From: Mayamaea pseudoterrestris | Taxonomy: Eukaryota | Direction of reading: 5' to 3' | Assembly (NCBI GenBank): GCA_027923505.1 | Contig: BROI01000019.1 | Span: forward strand, 310,001 to 374,000 | Length of the DNA: 64,000 bases | Made by a program: the position numbers and the translations under genes | Shown: in pieces, positions 32,794 through 43,946 of the stretch | How positions within the stretch are numbered: the stretch's first letter is position 1 | Layout of the letters: every line of letters begins with the position of its first letter | The notes under the pieces: model-generated | The model's input: the letters and a program-made list of their open reading frames with translations, nothing else | The model's database searches: none | Told to the model about the DNA's origin: nothing

Positions 32794-34124
32794 GGTAGAG
32801 CTTTCACACGCAAGTGCGAGAGATGATCATGATTGATTTCGTGCAATGTTTGCAGCTTGCGCATCAGCAGCGACTTGAGCTTTCCCGATTTGCGCGGGCC
32901 CAGATGATCTTGTCGTTTCTGGCAATTGCCTCCACGGAGGATAAGCAAGTTCATACGGGAACTGATATTTCTGCCTTCGGATGAGAGGTTTTCGGAGTAG
33001 CTGGGAACCTTAACGAACGTGTCAGCCGAGGTGCAGGTGCGCCACATAGCTCGCATTGACGTTTGTTTAGACCAATCGCATGAATCACTCGAATCTTCGC
33101 CTTTGCTGGCGGAACTTTATCAAGATCAACAGAGTTTAAACTACAGCCTACAACGTGCTGGCGACTCATTCGGACATGTCTGCATGCGTCACTTTCTTTT
33201 CATTGCACCGAGCGACCGGGGTCTGACCTGGCTGCGTGGCAGCTCCAATGGTACCAGCAATGCACCTGGAATGTTAGCACCAACCTTCAGTTGAACAAAA
33301 GAATAAGCACATATGTGGCAATAGCATAGATGGGAACCCAGTGGGAAGGGGCTGCTGCCAGAACAAGCTACCAGTAGAACACTGGGTTGGTCCCGGGAAA
33401 AACCCCCCGACCCCCGGTAAGAAACGTCGCGCCGCTGGGGTGAGAGCAGCAGCAACAATGATCGCAATATTCAACGTCGCAACGAGAACTGGTAAGACAC
33501 AGACCGGCACTTGATCCTTCCCGCAGCTGTCGCGCACGTCCACCGAGATCCTCTCCACGCTCATTGCACTAACTGTAAAGTCACCATCGATAATACGTGT
33601 ATTCGGTCGAACGAAGCCTTCACGCAAGCAAGTCACTTATCATGGAGACGACGCATTGGGTATTAATCTGCATCTTTGGTAGTCTACCGGTTCTTTCCTT
33701 CCTCTTTTACGTTCGATTGCTGCGTCTGGAAATGAAGAGCGCAAGCGAAGCCAAGAAGCAGCAGTAGATATGCAGAGAATTTGATGCGAATGATGGCTAG
33801 TCCTGATGATATATTTCTTTTTTGATCCTGGTTTTATTTTGGAGGTGGCGTTTTCGCATGATGGTATGGTGTTGCAAGTTGCGATGATTGATGCTTCGCT
33901 TGCAAGAAATCATTTGCTTTACCTCAGTTGCTACTGAGTAGTTGCTATGAAAAGAGCGAAACAAAAAAGAATAACTGCTGTACTAAATAAGCTGTTTTGT
34001 CTATCTATCGTTGTATGGTTCGTTCTAGGTTGAGCTGTAATCACTCGACGAAGGGGAGATTCAGTGGCGCGCGAGCACTTTGCAATGGCATCTATCCGGC
34101 AAGGGCCTGACGACGTGGATTAGC

Positions 34125-35189
34125 TCATTCAAATAGCTGCGGATATTCTCGTTCAATTCGTTTCAGTCCTCGCTTCAGCGTCTTGGCGCGCTCCGTCAAG
34201 TACGTGTCTACCAAGTCATCCTTGGCGAATCGAGCTGCCTCGGCGCCACTCTTCGCATCCCCAAAGGCATCCTCCAGGCTCCCTACTATCACCGCATATA
34301 CCTCCAGCTCGTTGCGTCGCGATAGAAACGGCACCATGGCGGGTGATCCTTTGATTAGTTTGAGTTCATCGCTCGTAGCTAACGTGCGGCGTAGCATGCC
34401 AAGTGATAAGGTATCTGTTCGACCGTCTGCCTGAATGCGGACGCGCAAGGTTGGTTGGCGAAGTAGCGACACAAAGAGTACTTCTGTATTGTGTGGATTG
34501 TCCGGAACGACAAAGCCGTACTGGTATAGCGAGTATAGGTTGGTAAAGTCGCCGTATTTGATGCAGACTTGTTGGTTGGATGGATTGGATTTGAATAGTT
34601 TTGATAGGAAAGAGGTCGCAGCAGGTTCTGGTACCGCATCCGTATTGACGTAGAGCAATAGTTGTCCGTCTGTAAAGTTCATTTTGGTTTCAACGTGAGG
34701 ATCATGATTGATCATGTCGAGCAGTGGTGTCAAGGAGTATTTACGGTCGGGAAGAAAGTGAGACCGCGTATCAACCACAGCAAGCGACCATTGATCTCTT
34801 GCTGATTGTACTCGTGCTTCGTCATCCCGGAGTGCTTGCAGTAAACATCCAGAGTCAGTGACACTCTTGAGACGATCCTTGGACCAGAATCGAGGCAACG
34901 TTTCCTTGAACCAGTCCATACTGGGCAAGACCTTCAAGTACTCTGCATACATGGAATCTTCACCCATTTCTACTTCCATGAGCAGCCGATCTGCTAGTTC
35001 CTGACTGCTCGAGGCAATTATACAAGCCTCCAGTGGGCATTGAAAGAGCTGGATTTGAGGCAATGATCGGTCGATTGGGTGATTGGCGTTCCAAATTGCA
35101 TAACGATAATCGTCGTCAATGTTTTTGATTTGCAGACAAGATGATATTCCTTTCGAAGCGCACCATGATAGAAATGGCTTGAGGTTCAT
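34125..35189 (-). CDS. SET-domain lysine methyltransferase, Rubisco LSMT/SETD3-like
   Basis: Motifs FLSWC, YAEYLKVLP, LTPLLDMINHD and QVCIKYG.FTNLYSLYQYGFVVPDNP. First in-frame ATG 35189. Confidence 0.82.
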   Translation of the reverse strand: MNLKPFLSWCASKGISSCLQIKNIDDDYRYAIWNANHPIDRSLPQIQLFQCPLEACIIASSSQELADRLLMEVEMGEDSMYAEYLKVLPSMDWFKETLPRFWSKDRLKSVTDSGCLLQALRDDEARVQSARDQWSLAVVDTRSHFLPDRKYSLTPLLDMINHDPHVETKMNFTDGQLLLYVNTDAVPEPAATSFLSKLFKSNPSNQQVCIKYGDFTNLYSLYQYGFVVPDNPHNTEVLFVSLLRQPTLRVRIQADGRTDTLSLGMLRRTLATSDELKLIKGSPAMVPFLSRRNELEVYAVIVGSLEDAFGDAKSGAEAARFAKDDLVDTYLTERAKTLKRGLKRIEREYPQLFE

Positions 35190-35355
35190 GGCGATGGAAG
35201 ATAGTGCAGCTTTCACATGGAGTCACCATGGTGGTGCATTGTTTGGCGACGATTGGTTGAAGCAATCTTGCCTTTTCACTGCCGCTTTGTAATCGTAGTG
35301 GTTCTGAGAAGGCACCGCGTGGCCGCAGTCATTGTCAACAATCCACAAATCAACC

Positions 35356-36684
35356 ATGAGCTTGCTTGCTGGGATCAAGACTGGCAAGAAGAAGCGCAAG
35401 GATCTTCTTAGTGCAGGTTTTAGTAAAGACAATGACAATGAAAAGGAAGTGAAGAGTAGAATCGAATTGCAAGAGCATATAAGTGACGGTCAACCCTCGG
35501 AACGAGTCCAAGAAACCTCGTCTGAGACGAACACTAACATCAGCGCCAACCAGTCCATTGCCGATCAACTGAGATCCCAATTGTCAGGTGGAGGAGCAAT
35601 TTCGACAGCAGCAGGAGCAGCAGCTCCGGATCGTGATCTCGAGGATCGTGGCCGCATTCGAGCGGCCGTCCGTGAGAAGCAAAATGTGCAGTCGACGTTG
35701 CACCAACAAGTTACCATTGCCTCTCCAGCAATCTACTCGAATGACGCCGACCAAACGATTTCGGAAATGCTCAAGGCGGAAAAGAGTCAATCCATGTCAT
35801 TGGAGGAGCTGGAGGCGCGAGATTTACTGCGGCTTGGAAAGAAGCGTCGGTTGAAGCAAAACAGCAAAAGTAACGTTGACAGCGACGAAGAGGATGACGT
35901 GCTCATTCAAAAGCAGCAAGCTTTTCTTAGCAGCTCGCAGTCACAAAAAGCCATTGAAAGAGCGACTAGTCGAGCCGTTGCCAAGAGTGATTTGCAGGAC
36001 AAGATGGTTTCAAAATTGTGGTGGTGGATCGAGTCCAAGGAGTTTGATCGCAAGCGATTGGTTGCTCTTGGAAATCACGTTTCTCTGGCAATGGCGCCTC
36101 CGTCGCAAAGTATACATCATGGGAGGCACTTCTACTTGGTACCGCTTGCGCATGTTGAAAGCTTGGCTGCAGCTGAACCAGAAGTGTGGGACGAGCTTGC
36201 CCGTTTCCAAACGAGTCTGCGAGCGCTGTTTCGCCAGCAGAATTATGGACTTGTATTCTTTGAGACAGTCTTGCCAAGCAACTCGTTTTGGCAGACCCGT
36301 TTGGAATGTGTTGCAATTCCAAATGAGCAATGGATGGATGCTGCCTTGTTTATCAAGCAAGCGCTCTTGGAACAAGCGCAGGACGATGGAACGCACCAGA
36401 AGGTGATGGCAACAACGTCCACCAAGGGACTACCAGCGTGCGTGCCGAAAAACTTTTCCTACATTTACATGGAGTACGATCAGCAGCAGGGGTACGTGCA
36501 AATGATTGAGTCTCGCGATTTTCCAAAGGATTTTGCCGTCGATACCATTGCTGGAATGATTCAAGAAGATCCTATGCGTTTTCGTCGCAAGCTAAAGGTT
36601 GCTCACGAGGAGGAACGTGCAGTCATGCTGTCCTTTCTCGACAAGTGGAAGACTTTTGATTGGACACTGCAACTTGACGCATAA
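35356..36684 (+). CDS. CWF19L2: CWF19-like protein 2 (CwfJ C-terminal domains)
   Basis: HFYLVPLAHVES, EVWDELARFQTSL, LVFFET, LECVAIP, VPKNFSYIYME, MIESRDFPKDFA and FLDKWKTFDWT. Confidence 0.85.
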   Translation: MSLLAGIKTGKKKRKDLLSAGFSKDNDNEKEVKSRIELQEHISDGQPSERVQETSSETNTNISANQSIADQLRSQLSGGGAISTAAGAAAPDRDLEDRGRIRAAVREKQNVQSTLHQQVTIASPAIYSNDADQTISEMLKAEKSQSMSLEELEARDLLRLGKKRRLKQNSKSNVDSDEEDDVLIQKQQAFLSSSQSQKAIERATSRAVAKSDLQDKMVSKLWWWIESKEFDRKRLVALGNHVSLAMAPPSQSIHHGRHFYLVPLAHVESLAAAEPEVWDELARFQTSLRALFRQQNYGLVFFETVLPSNSFWQTRLECVAIPNEQWMDAALFIKQALLEQAQDDGTHQKVMATTSTKGLPACVPKNFSYIYMEYDQQQGYVQMIESRDFPKDFAVDTIAGMIQEDPMRFRRKLKVAHEEERAVMLSFLDKWKTFDWTLQLDA

Positions 36685-36778
36685 TAGCGCTGTAGCTACC
36701 CCGTGGTAACAAATTTACGAATTGCATAGTTATTAAATTGTAAATTGTTTATAATACAAGCCCATCACTTCAACTTGC

Positions 36779-39700
36779 CTACCGGTAGTCAAATAACCGC
36801 GCTAATATACGCTCCGCTGAGACGGACAGAAGAGCATCCGGACCAGATATAAGACGGCTCAACATAGTTTGCAGGTCCATGGCCTTTCTTGGGGCCTTGC
36901 CTGGTCGCGCCAGCATCAACTGCACGTCCGTCAAAGCTTTCAAGTCGATACCGGCTGCATCTAGAACATCGTTGGGTCGCCATAGAGAAGATGCGACGAG
37001 CGCCAAGCAGTTTGCGATTGATGCATCCCAATGTTTCTGGCTGGTGCTGCCAAGACTAGTTTTTGGATCATGTCGCCACTGAGCGAGATGTAACATTGAT
37101 GTAAGGAGCTGTTGATTGAAAATTTCACTCGAGTAACCTTTGCCTCGAATCAGCTGCAGAGTACAAGAAAGCGCATATGACAACTCCGCGGAATATGTCT
37201 TGTCGAGTTCGTTCGCTGTCGCTCTCGTGACGACGCACAGCTTGACGCTTCGTTGAAACAATGTAGATGCGGCTTTAGCAATTTCTTTCTGTCTGCTGTG
37301 TTGCAGCGAGTCAAAAATTATGTTTGTCCCTGACACAGCTGCACTAAACATTCTATTTGCATTTAGATTCGCTGTTGAAGCGACGTTGACATCCGACAAC
37401 ATCACAGACAGAAGCACGTCTGCTAAATTGTGCGGCGAAAATTTTCCGTCATCCGTGGCAAAAGGCGCCAGTGCCACCAGGGTCGAAAGGCTTGCAAATT
37501 TGAGCTGATTTGCATTGCTGGCAGCAAGCGATAATAGTGCTTGTATAAAATTGTCATCAGCAAGAATATCAGCGCGGTCCGACATGGCAGGTACTAGCGA
37601 TGATAGAAATAAGCATGCTACCACTTTCAAATATTCGAAGTCCTCATTGTCCTGCGTAGAAGTATTTGCAATGCATGTATAGTCGGGCGGTGAAGGTCCC
37701 ATAGATCGCTCTGCCTCGTCGTCGTCATCGTCGTCCTTCTTGTCTTCCTCCGTTAAGCTTCCGTGGCTTTCTGCCAAATCCTCATCCCGCTGAACAGCAT
37801 GTATGCCTGAAATAACATTCATCGCCCTAGCGACACAGTCGCGATGACTTGCTGCGTCTACTACTGCCCTACGCCCTGCGCTTGATTGTCCGCAAAGTTT
37901 TGCCAAGAGCTCAAACGCTGCACATTCTAATTGCACGGGGAGGGCCGTATCACGTTCGTCTGCTAAGAGGGACATCATTGCAATATGTGTTTCACCCTCG
38001 AGAAGAAGCGAAACATCACCACTGCAAGCCTTTGTTAATGCCGACATGGCTAGAAGGTCGCCTTCCGCAGCAATGAGACTCAACGCATGAAGCCCACCAA
38101 GCGAACGTAATATTGTTAACGCCTCCTCGTGCTGGGAAATGGCACAAAGCATTGCAACGTCAGGGGCATCCATGATATCGTCGTCGTCGTCAATTTCGTA
38201 CTCCTGCAGCTTCGCACGCTCCAAGAAACGTGATATCACCATGTGGCAGACTTTCTTGCCCATGCTACGCGCAATAGCTTCCGATTCAGAGGCACTGAGT
38301 CGAAGACGCTTTTCCTGGCCAGGCATATGTCCGCCTTTTATAGTGCACAAGTCAACTAACGACTTCATCAGCGTCGTCGATAAGCGTGACGATGTCACAT
38401 CCTCGTCATCTTCTCCAGCAGAGCAATCGTCTTCGTTCACACAAGCTTTCGCTAGGGCTTCAATAGCTTTACCTCTCATGTCAAAGCGCTCTATAGCTTT
38501 TAACAAGAGTCCATTCTCCGCCAACGAAGCCAGAACGGATGATAAAAAGTGACGAACTTCCCGAGTGTCTACTGATGATCCGGCTGCAACATTGAGATTC
38601 AAAAGGTCAAATAGCAGCTCAATCGCGTCCTGACTTTCGACAAAAAGATGGATCACCTCCTCCGAGTCAAGTTCAACAATCAATGTTGTCACTTCAAACG
38701 CAAGCTCACGCAGCATGGGGTCCTTCCAAAGGGACAAGCAAATATGCGGAACATTAAACGCAACAAGCAATGACGTCAAGTAAGATTCTAGCGCGCCCTC
38801 GTTACACATTGGCTGGTCTGTTGCGCCTAACAAGATATCCTTTAGAGAGCTCAATAATCGATATCGGACAAGCGGACGGGTAACGGCGACAAAATCATCC
38901 ATTCTTTTCGAGTTCAGAGGTAAAAACGGCTCGCAGTCCTCGGCAAGCAATGAAAGGTAATGGACACACGAAGTCGCCGACAACTGAATCCTTTCATGGC
39001 TTTCGATCATTTCCGCGTCATGTAGTAAAAAAATGTTCCAAAATGAGTCGCTCGTCTTCGTGTCCTGTGCACATGCCATGGAAGATATTGCAAAGAGAAG
39101 CCCCGCAGCTGCCTCGTGAGTACCGGCATATCCGGCACATTTCTCTGGCACTTGAATAAGAGGAGGACCATACTTATCTGAAATATCGAAATTTAAAGTT
39201 CCGGAGTTGTCCGCATCTTGCCGAAGCAAACGCATGTTCGTCTTCAACAGCAAAGTCGAACAAAGTGATAGGACGAAAAATGGTTCGGATGCCACTGAGC
39301 TCAAAAATTCTGCTGCGCTCATGGACGATAGAGCCATAGACATATCCAACCCGCTACCAATGTCAGAAAGCATAGCATGTAACAACTCAAGACCGAGAAA
39401 TGTCACATCCGCTCGTTTGTCCGACGGCTTCTCCGGATGAGATGTAGCAGCCTTACCAAGCGACGCACAGACCGACTTTGCAAGACCAGTCTCTAGGAGG
39501 TATGACTTAGAACAAGACTCGGAATTCAATAAAATGACGTGGAGAATCTCCAAAGCCAACATTGGAACGTCGTCTTTTAAATCACCAAAGCGAAGGAGCT
39601 TGGAAAGTGGATCTACTATTCCAGCCTGTACCGCTGCAACGGCATGCGAAGGAACTTGCACGATTTGAAGAACAGCATTTAATGCCGAGCATCGTGTATT

Positions 39701-42700
39701 TTGTCGCTGCGAGCTCCCAGATTTCATCAACGCCGTGCTGTGAAGATACTGAACAATAGCTGGGAGCGCCTCGGAAGAGATCGAGCTCCAAAGCGACGCG
39801 TTGTGACTTAGAGATTCCAACGCTGCAATGCACTCCGATTTCAGAGAATCTTGTGTGTCAAGCTGCTCAATACTTGACTCTGGGTTAATAGGAAGTGTCA
39901 AAACATTGGTAGCAACTCGAATGGCATCCCGCACTGATTGAACACCACCACTCGAGCCAGCGGCAACATGAGGCCCACAAAATCGAACCATGGCAAGTGA
40001 CGCTGAAAATCGGTATAAATCTCCACTATTAAGGGCAGCTCGAAGCGAATCACTAATAGGAACTAATAGACCACTCATTGCCAGCTTTGCATGCTCGTCC
40101 TTTGAACCATTCTGCGCGATCGCCAGCGCAAGTCGCAACGACGAATGGACTGCCGACTCTCCAAACCCACCAACCAGCATTGTAGGAAGAAGTGCTGGTC
40201 CGCCTTTGCTACCTCGAACAATAATGTCACATGCAACTCGGCAAATACTTGTCCTCCTCGCAGCATATTGATCAGCAGTTGGGGTCGCTAAAAAACTTTC
40301 ACCAGTTACCATGTCTCCCTCGCTACCACCTGGTGCAATCGACGAGCCACACATACTACCAATCGCAAGCAGTGCCGCGTCAGCCAAGTCCATGATTGCC
40401 GCATGATAATGAGGCCCTTGGTTCAACGTTCCTAACAATGAAGCTCGGGCATAGTTCAGCGACTTCTGCAAAACACCCAACGTCGACTCAATAATATTGC
40501 TCGGCGACCTCTCTCCCCCACGATAAGATTGAGAATCCGAGTCAACTGCTTCCATCAAACGACGCATGCCAATGCCGGTTGGGTCTGTCAGAGCAACTCC
40601 AAAAAGACAGCAAAGTAGCCGACAAGACGCCGTTCGGGCCTTCATTGCTCCAACACTTCTGTCCTTAGACTCCCAATCAATTTTTGAGTTAACAACCTTG
40701 GATAGGTAAGGAATTACACCAGCATCCATGAGTTCTATCAGACGGTCGAGAAGCTCTGACGACGCTCCCGATGGATGCTGCCAGGCAAACATCAAAACTG
40801 CCGAAACTGTCTCCACAATTCCAAGACACCGCGGTGCAGCATCTCCTCGAACAGTAGACTGGACTGGCATGCCCGCATCATTCGAGGCAATAAGCAACGT
40901 CGACAATATATTCCTGGTTTGAAGCTCGATAATAGCTTCGGCCGAGCACGACGTCAGCGAACCCAGAACGATTCCAGCACATTCATTCAATCTCGATGAT
41001 GGAGTTTCGCGATCCGACCCAAAAGATTGACCAGAGCCAGACTGCAATACCTCGAGTGCGGCTTCAACAATTCCTTCTTCGTTGAGCATGAGAATCGCAT
41101 CCTTAAGCTTGCTGGGTGCGTTAGAGCGCTCCAATCCTTCTTCGTAAAGTCCCTGTGCCCAAGCACTCCCCATGTTGCCGACCGACATGGTCACTGCAGC
41201 CAACGTTTCCATCCCAAGCTTACGAAGTTCAATAGGCCGAGCAATCGACCCATTCTCTCGAACCAGAGATATAAGCGCGGGCAAACAACCGCCATTTACA
41301 AGTTCAATAGAAGCCTCCCTGCAAGCACCAACTGCACCTTGGTCATTGCGGTAGTCATAATTAGACGACAGCGTCTGACTAGCCTGTGGATCTGACAAAA
41401 GGGGCATGACCAGCGACGATAGGAAATTGCATCCCATTCCAGCAACAGAATTATCCGCAGATAAAAGTAGTTGCGCAACGGCTGCATCGCACCCACCACC
41501 CGCCACGATTGCGCGAACAATCATTCCATCCTTGCCCAGTGTTGCTCCAAACGCTCCACCAGTCATTTCCGAAAGTGCCAATAAACTAGCATCGATTGAT
41601 CGCGTCGATGCCAACATTGCACCAAGTGCTCCCACGGCATGAGCCCGCGTATCCGAATCGTCCGTTGCCACCATGCTTGTCAGCATCAACACGCCTCCCG
41701 TCGAAATTAACTCTTCCAAGAAGGTCGTGTAACCAAAAATATTGCCACCGGCATTCATCCTTGGTTCTTGGCCCGATGCAATCATTGCAGCCGAATCATT
41801 AATCGCCATACAGGCTCGACGCTGGTCCTCCAAAATCAAGTTAACTAAGCACGCTGCCGACCATCGCTGCAAATTAACATACTTGCTATTAGACGAAGCA
41901 TGATCCAAAATGCTGCGAATGGCCCGATGCAAGTCCAATAGTTCAACCGGATGAATCCGCTTCTGATCCTCCCCGCTGTCTCCGTCGTCATCAGTCTTGC
42001 CGTCATCCTTGTCCTTATTGTCCACACTCTCACTCTTTTTCAGGGCCGGCACTTGCTGCAACACTGCGGCAATTGTCTTTGGTTCCGTCAAGTAAAACAA
42101 AATCTTAGTCGCTTGCTCCTGCACGTACAGAGTTTTGCGATCCGACCCCGTCCGTTCCAGCGCGCCCAAAATACCGTCGAACAAGTGGCAGGGCTCAACT
42201 GCGTGCTGATACAAGGCAACCTTCCAAACTGGCGTTTGCTTGTTGCTAGCGACAATGGCTTCCAGGCCAAGTAGCGTTGAAATGCATTGAATCGCTCGAT
42301 CGCTTGTTTCTCGTTCTGCCAAGTGCTTGCAAACTTGAGTGACAAAGGTTTCCTTGGGAATGCTGGTGATGGTATCCGACAATCCAGAAATCATTTGCTG
42401 CAAATCACTCGTCAGCGCCGATAGCGCCGCATTCACTTGCTTGGACGATGCGGCAACTGCTTCCGGCGAAGTGCTGCCATTCGGTTCATGCAAAAAGAGC
42501 GGCGTAAAGTACCGACGCATGGAAAAGAAATTGCCTTGCTCCACATCCAAATTGCAAGCCTTGCAGACACGGACTGGTGTATTGGCTGATACTGCTGCAT
42601 TGGAGCCATCATCATCCGACGCTGCCGACGACGACTTCAATGCGACTGCCGCCATTGGCGGTAGCACAATTTTGGTGTCACAGCAGTCATTGCAGAAAAC

Positions 42701-43372
42701 ATCGCCGCACAGGCGACAGTGGTGCCGGCGATTGGTGACGCGCGTAAACACGTTGCCACAGTCGGGACATTCGGTGCGCATCGCGTCGGGCACGGAGTGC
42801 ACGCAAAAGTCCAAATCATGCAGCGCGTCGCTCCAGTCACTTAAATCGATGGCGTTGACGTGCGAGTGACTAAAGGAAAAGGCATTGTCTGCGTAAAAAT
42901 TCGTGTCGTTGCCGCTTGCTCCAGTGTCTCCATAAGAGTGTGCTCCTCCTCCGTGATAATTACTACTGCCATAACCGGCTGCTGCATTATTGCTTCTCCC
43001 AAAGCCTCCATGATTCCCAGAGGACGGCGGCGTTGGAACGGCCGGTTGCAGCGAATGCGACTTGCTAGCTGCGTTACTGTTGCTTGTTTTTATAGCTTTC
43101 GGTTTCGTCCAGGTTGTAATCTTGCGCTCATGATCCACATAAAAGGGCTTGCCCGTCGTTGGATCGCGCATGGTTTCCCAATTGGAAGGAAGTGAAGCGT
43201 CGTCATCTCCTTCATCCTGCGAGGCTGACGGCGCTGCTCCAAAATCTACGTCCACCCACCCCTCCGGTGCATCCCACTGCGTCTTGCGCGTCACATGATT
43301 CGCGTAAAAGGCGCGACCCGACTTTGGATCAACGCTTTTTACCCAGCCTTGGAGAGCGGCAGGATTGGACAT
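36779..43372 (-). CDS. 2197-aa WW-WW-FYVE-ARM/HEAT repeat protein
   Basis: Two WW domains (GWVKSVDPKSGRAFYANHVTRKTQWDAP; NWETMRDPTTGKPFYVDHERKITTWTKP), a FYVE domain (CPDC...RRHHCRLCGDVFCNDC...RVCKAC) and a long helical repeat region. Single exon. Confidence 0.9.
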   Translation of the reverse strand: MSNPAALQGWVKSVDPKSGRAFYANHVTRKTQWDAPEGWVDVDFGAAPSASQDEGDDDASLPSNWETMRDPTTGKPFYVDHERKITTWTKPKAIKTSNSNAASKSHSLQPAVPTPPSSGNHGGFGRSNNAAAGYGSSNYHGGGAHSYGDTGASGNDTNFYADNAFSFSHSHVNAIDLSDWSDALHDLDFCVHSVPDAMRTECPDCGNVFTRVTNRRHHCRLCGDVFCNDCCDTKIVLPPMAAVALKSSSAASDDDGSNAAVSANTPVRVCKACNLDVEQGNFFSMRRYFTPLFLHEPNGSTSPEAVAASSKQVNAALSALTSDLQQMISGLSDTITSIPKETFVTQVCKHLAERETSDRAIQCISTLLGLEAIVASNKQTPVWKVALYQHAVEPCHLFDGILGALERTGSDRKTLYVQEQATKILFYLTEPKTIAAVLQQVPALKKSESVDNKDKDDGKTDDDGDSGEDQKRIHPVELLDLHRAIRSILDHASSNSKYVNLQRWSAACLVNLILEDQRRACMAINDSAAMIASGQEPRMNAGGNIFGYTTFLEELISTGGVLMLTSMVATDDSDTRAHAVGALGAMLASTRSIDASLLALSEMTGGAFGATLGKDGMIVRAIVAGGGCDAAVAQLLLSADNSVAGMGCNFLSSLVMPLLSDPQASQTLSSNYDYRNDQGAVGACREASIELVNGGCLPALISLVRENGSIARPIELRKLGMETLAAVTMSVGNMGSAWAQGLYEEGLERSNAPSKLKDAILMLNEEGIVEAALEVLQSGSGQSFGSDRETPSSRLNECAGIVLGSLTSCSAEAIIELQTRNILSTLLIASNDAGMPVQSTVRGDAAPRCLGIVETVSAVLMFAWQHPSGASSELLDRLIELMDAGVIPYLSKVVNSKIDWESKDRSVGAMKARTASCRLLCCLFGVALTDPTGIGMRRLMEAVDSDSQSYRGGERSPSNIIESTLGVLQKSLNYARASLLGTLNQGPHYHAAIMDLADAALLAIGSMCGSSIAPGGSEGDMVTGESFLATPTADQYAARRTSICRVACDIIVRGSKGGPALLPTMLVGGFGESAVHSSLRLALAIAQNGSKDEHAKLAMSGLLVPISDSLRAALNSGDLYRFSASLAMVRFCGPHVAAGSSGGVQSVRDAIRVATNVLTLPINPESSIEQLDTQDSLKSECIAALESLSHNASLWSSISSEALPAIVQYLHSTALMKSGSSQRQNTRCSALNAVLQIVQVPSHAVAAVQAGIVDPLSKLLRFGDLKDDVPMLALEILHVILLNSESCSKSYLLETGLAKSVCASLGKAATSHPEKPSDKRADVTFLGLELLHAMLSDIGSGLDMSMALSSMSAAEFLSSVASEPFFVLSLCSTLLLKTNMRLLRQDADNSGTLNFDISDKYGPPLIQVPEKCAGYAGTHEAAAGLLFAISSMACAQDTKTSDSFWNIFLLHDAEMIESHERIQLSATSCVHYLSLLAEDCEPFLPLNSKRMDDFVAVTRPLVRYRLLSSLKDILLGATDQPMCNEGALESYLTSLLVAFNVPHICLSLWKDPMLRELAFEVTTLIVELDSEEVIHLFVESQDAIELLFDLLNLNVAAGSSVDTREVRHFLSSVLASLAENGLLLKAIERFDMRGKAIEALAKACVNEDDCSAGEDDEDVTSSRLSTTLMKSLVDLCTIKGGHMPGQEKRLRLSASESEAIARSMGKKVCHMVISRFLERAKLQEYEIDDDDDIMDAPDVAMLCAISQHEEALTILRSLGGLHALSLIAAEGDLLAMSALTKACSGDVSLLLEGETHIAMMSLLADERDTALPVQLECAAFELLAKLCGQSSAGRRAVVDAASHRDCVARAMNVISGIHAVQRDEDLAESHGSLTEEDKKDDDDDDEAERSMGPSPPDYTCIANTSTQDNEDFEYLKVVACLFLSSLVPAMSDRADILADDNFIQALLSLAASNANQLKFASLSTLVALAPFATDDGKFSPHNLADVLLSVMLSDVNVASTANLNANRMFSAAVSGTNIIFDSLQHSRQKEIAKAASTLFQRSVKLCVVTRATANELDKTYSAELSYALSCTLQLIRGKGYSSEIFNQQLLTSMLHLAQWRHDPKTSLGSTSQKHWDASIANCLALVASSLWRPNDVLDAAGIDLKALTDVQLMLARPGKAPRKAMDLQTMLSRLISGPDALLSVSAERILARLFDYR

Positions 43373-43946
43373 GATTTGTCTTGTTTTTATTTATTGGTGC
43401 GTGTCTTGTGAGAGCAAAGATATTCTTGCGGAATGAATTATTTGTTGTTTTAATTTTCTTTTCTCGCTTTGTCGCTGCTCCTGCAGGTACTTTCTTCTGC
43501 TATTACTCCTTTCAGCAACTCTATTTACTAGCTTGATCTGTTACGAGGACTAGTTTGCTTGCAGACGAGCTTCTTGTTTCAAGCGAAGGGAGATGATGCG
43601 TTCCATTCTTGTCATCAACCTCGTCCGCCATTTTCGGCGGTTTCGAAGTCGCTTCACGATTCATATTCGAAGCACACGCGCCAAACCTTGGTACATTCAA
43701 ACCCTTTCAACCGGGACCCAAAAGATCCATCTCCGGGTTTTCACAATCGCATACGCACGTGGAGGCATCGGCACCTTGCGGCATCGCCGAAGACGCGAGG
43801 TGACAGCACCTTTTCTCGTCCGGTCTCTCATCCACCGATCCAAGCGACATCTCTGCCCATCAAACGAACCATTGTAGTGAACACGACGTATCAGCAAGCT
43901 ACTCACATCGTCAACACTACTATAAAATTTTCACACAGCAGCTACA

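Noticed and set aside
33385..33425. G-rich minus-strand tract as a G-quadruplex, U1 snRNA-like start, or retroelement 'EKPPDP' remnant
   Set aside because: Only three separate G-runs, no match to the U1 5' end ATACTTACCTG, and no RT, gag, terminal repeats or target-site duplication nearby.
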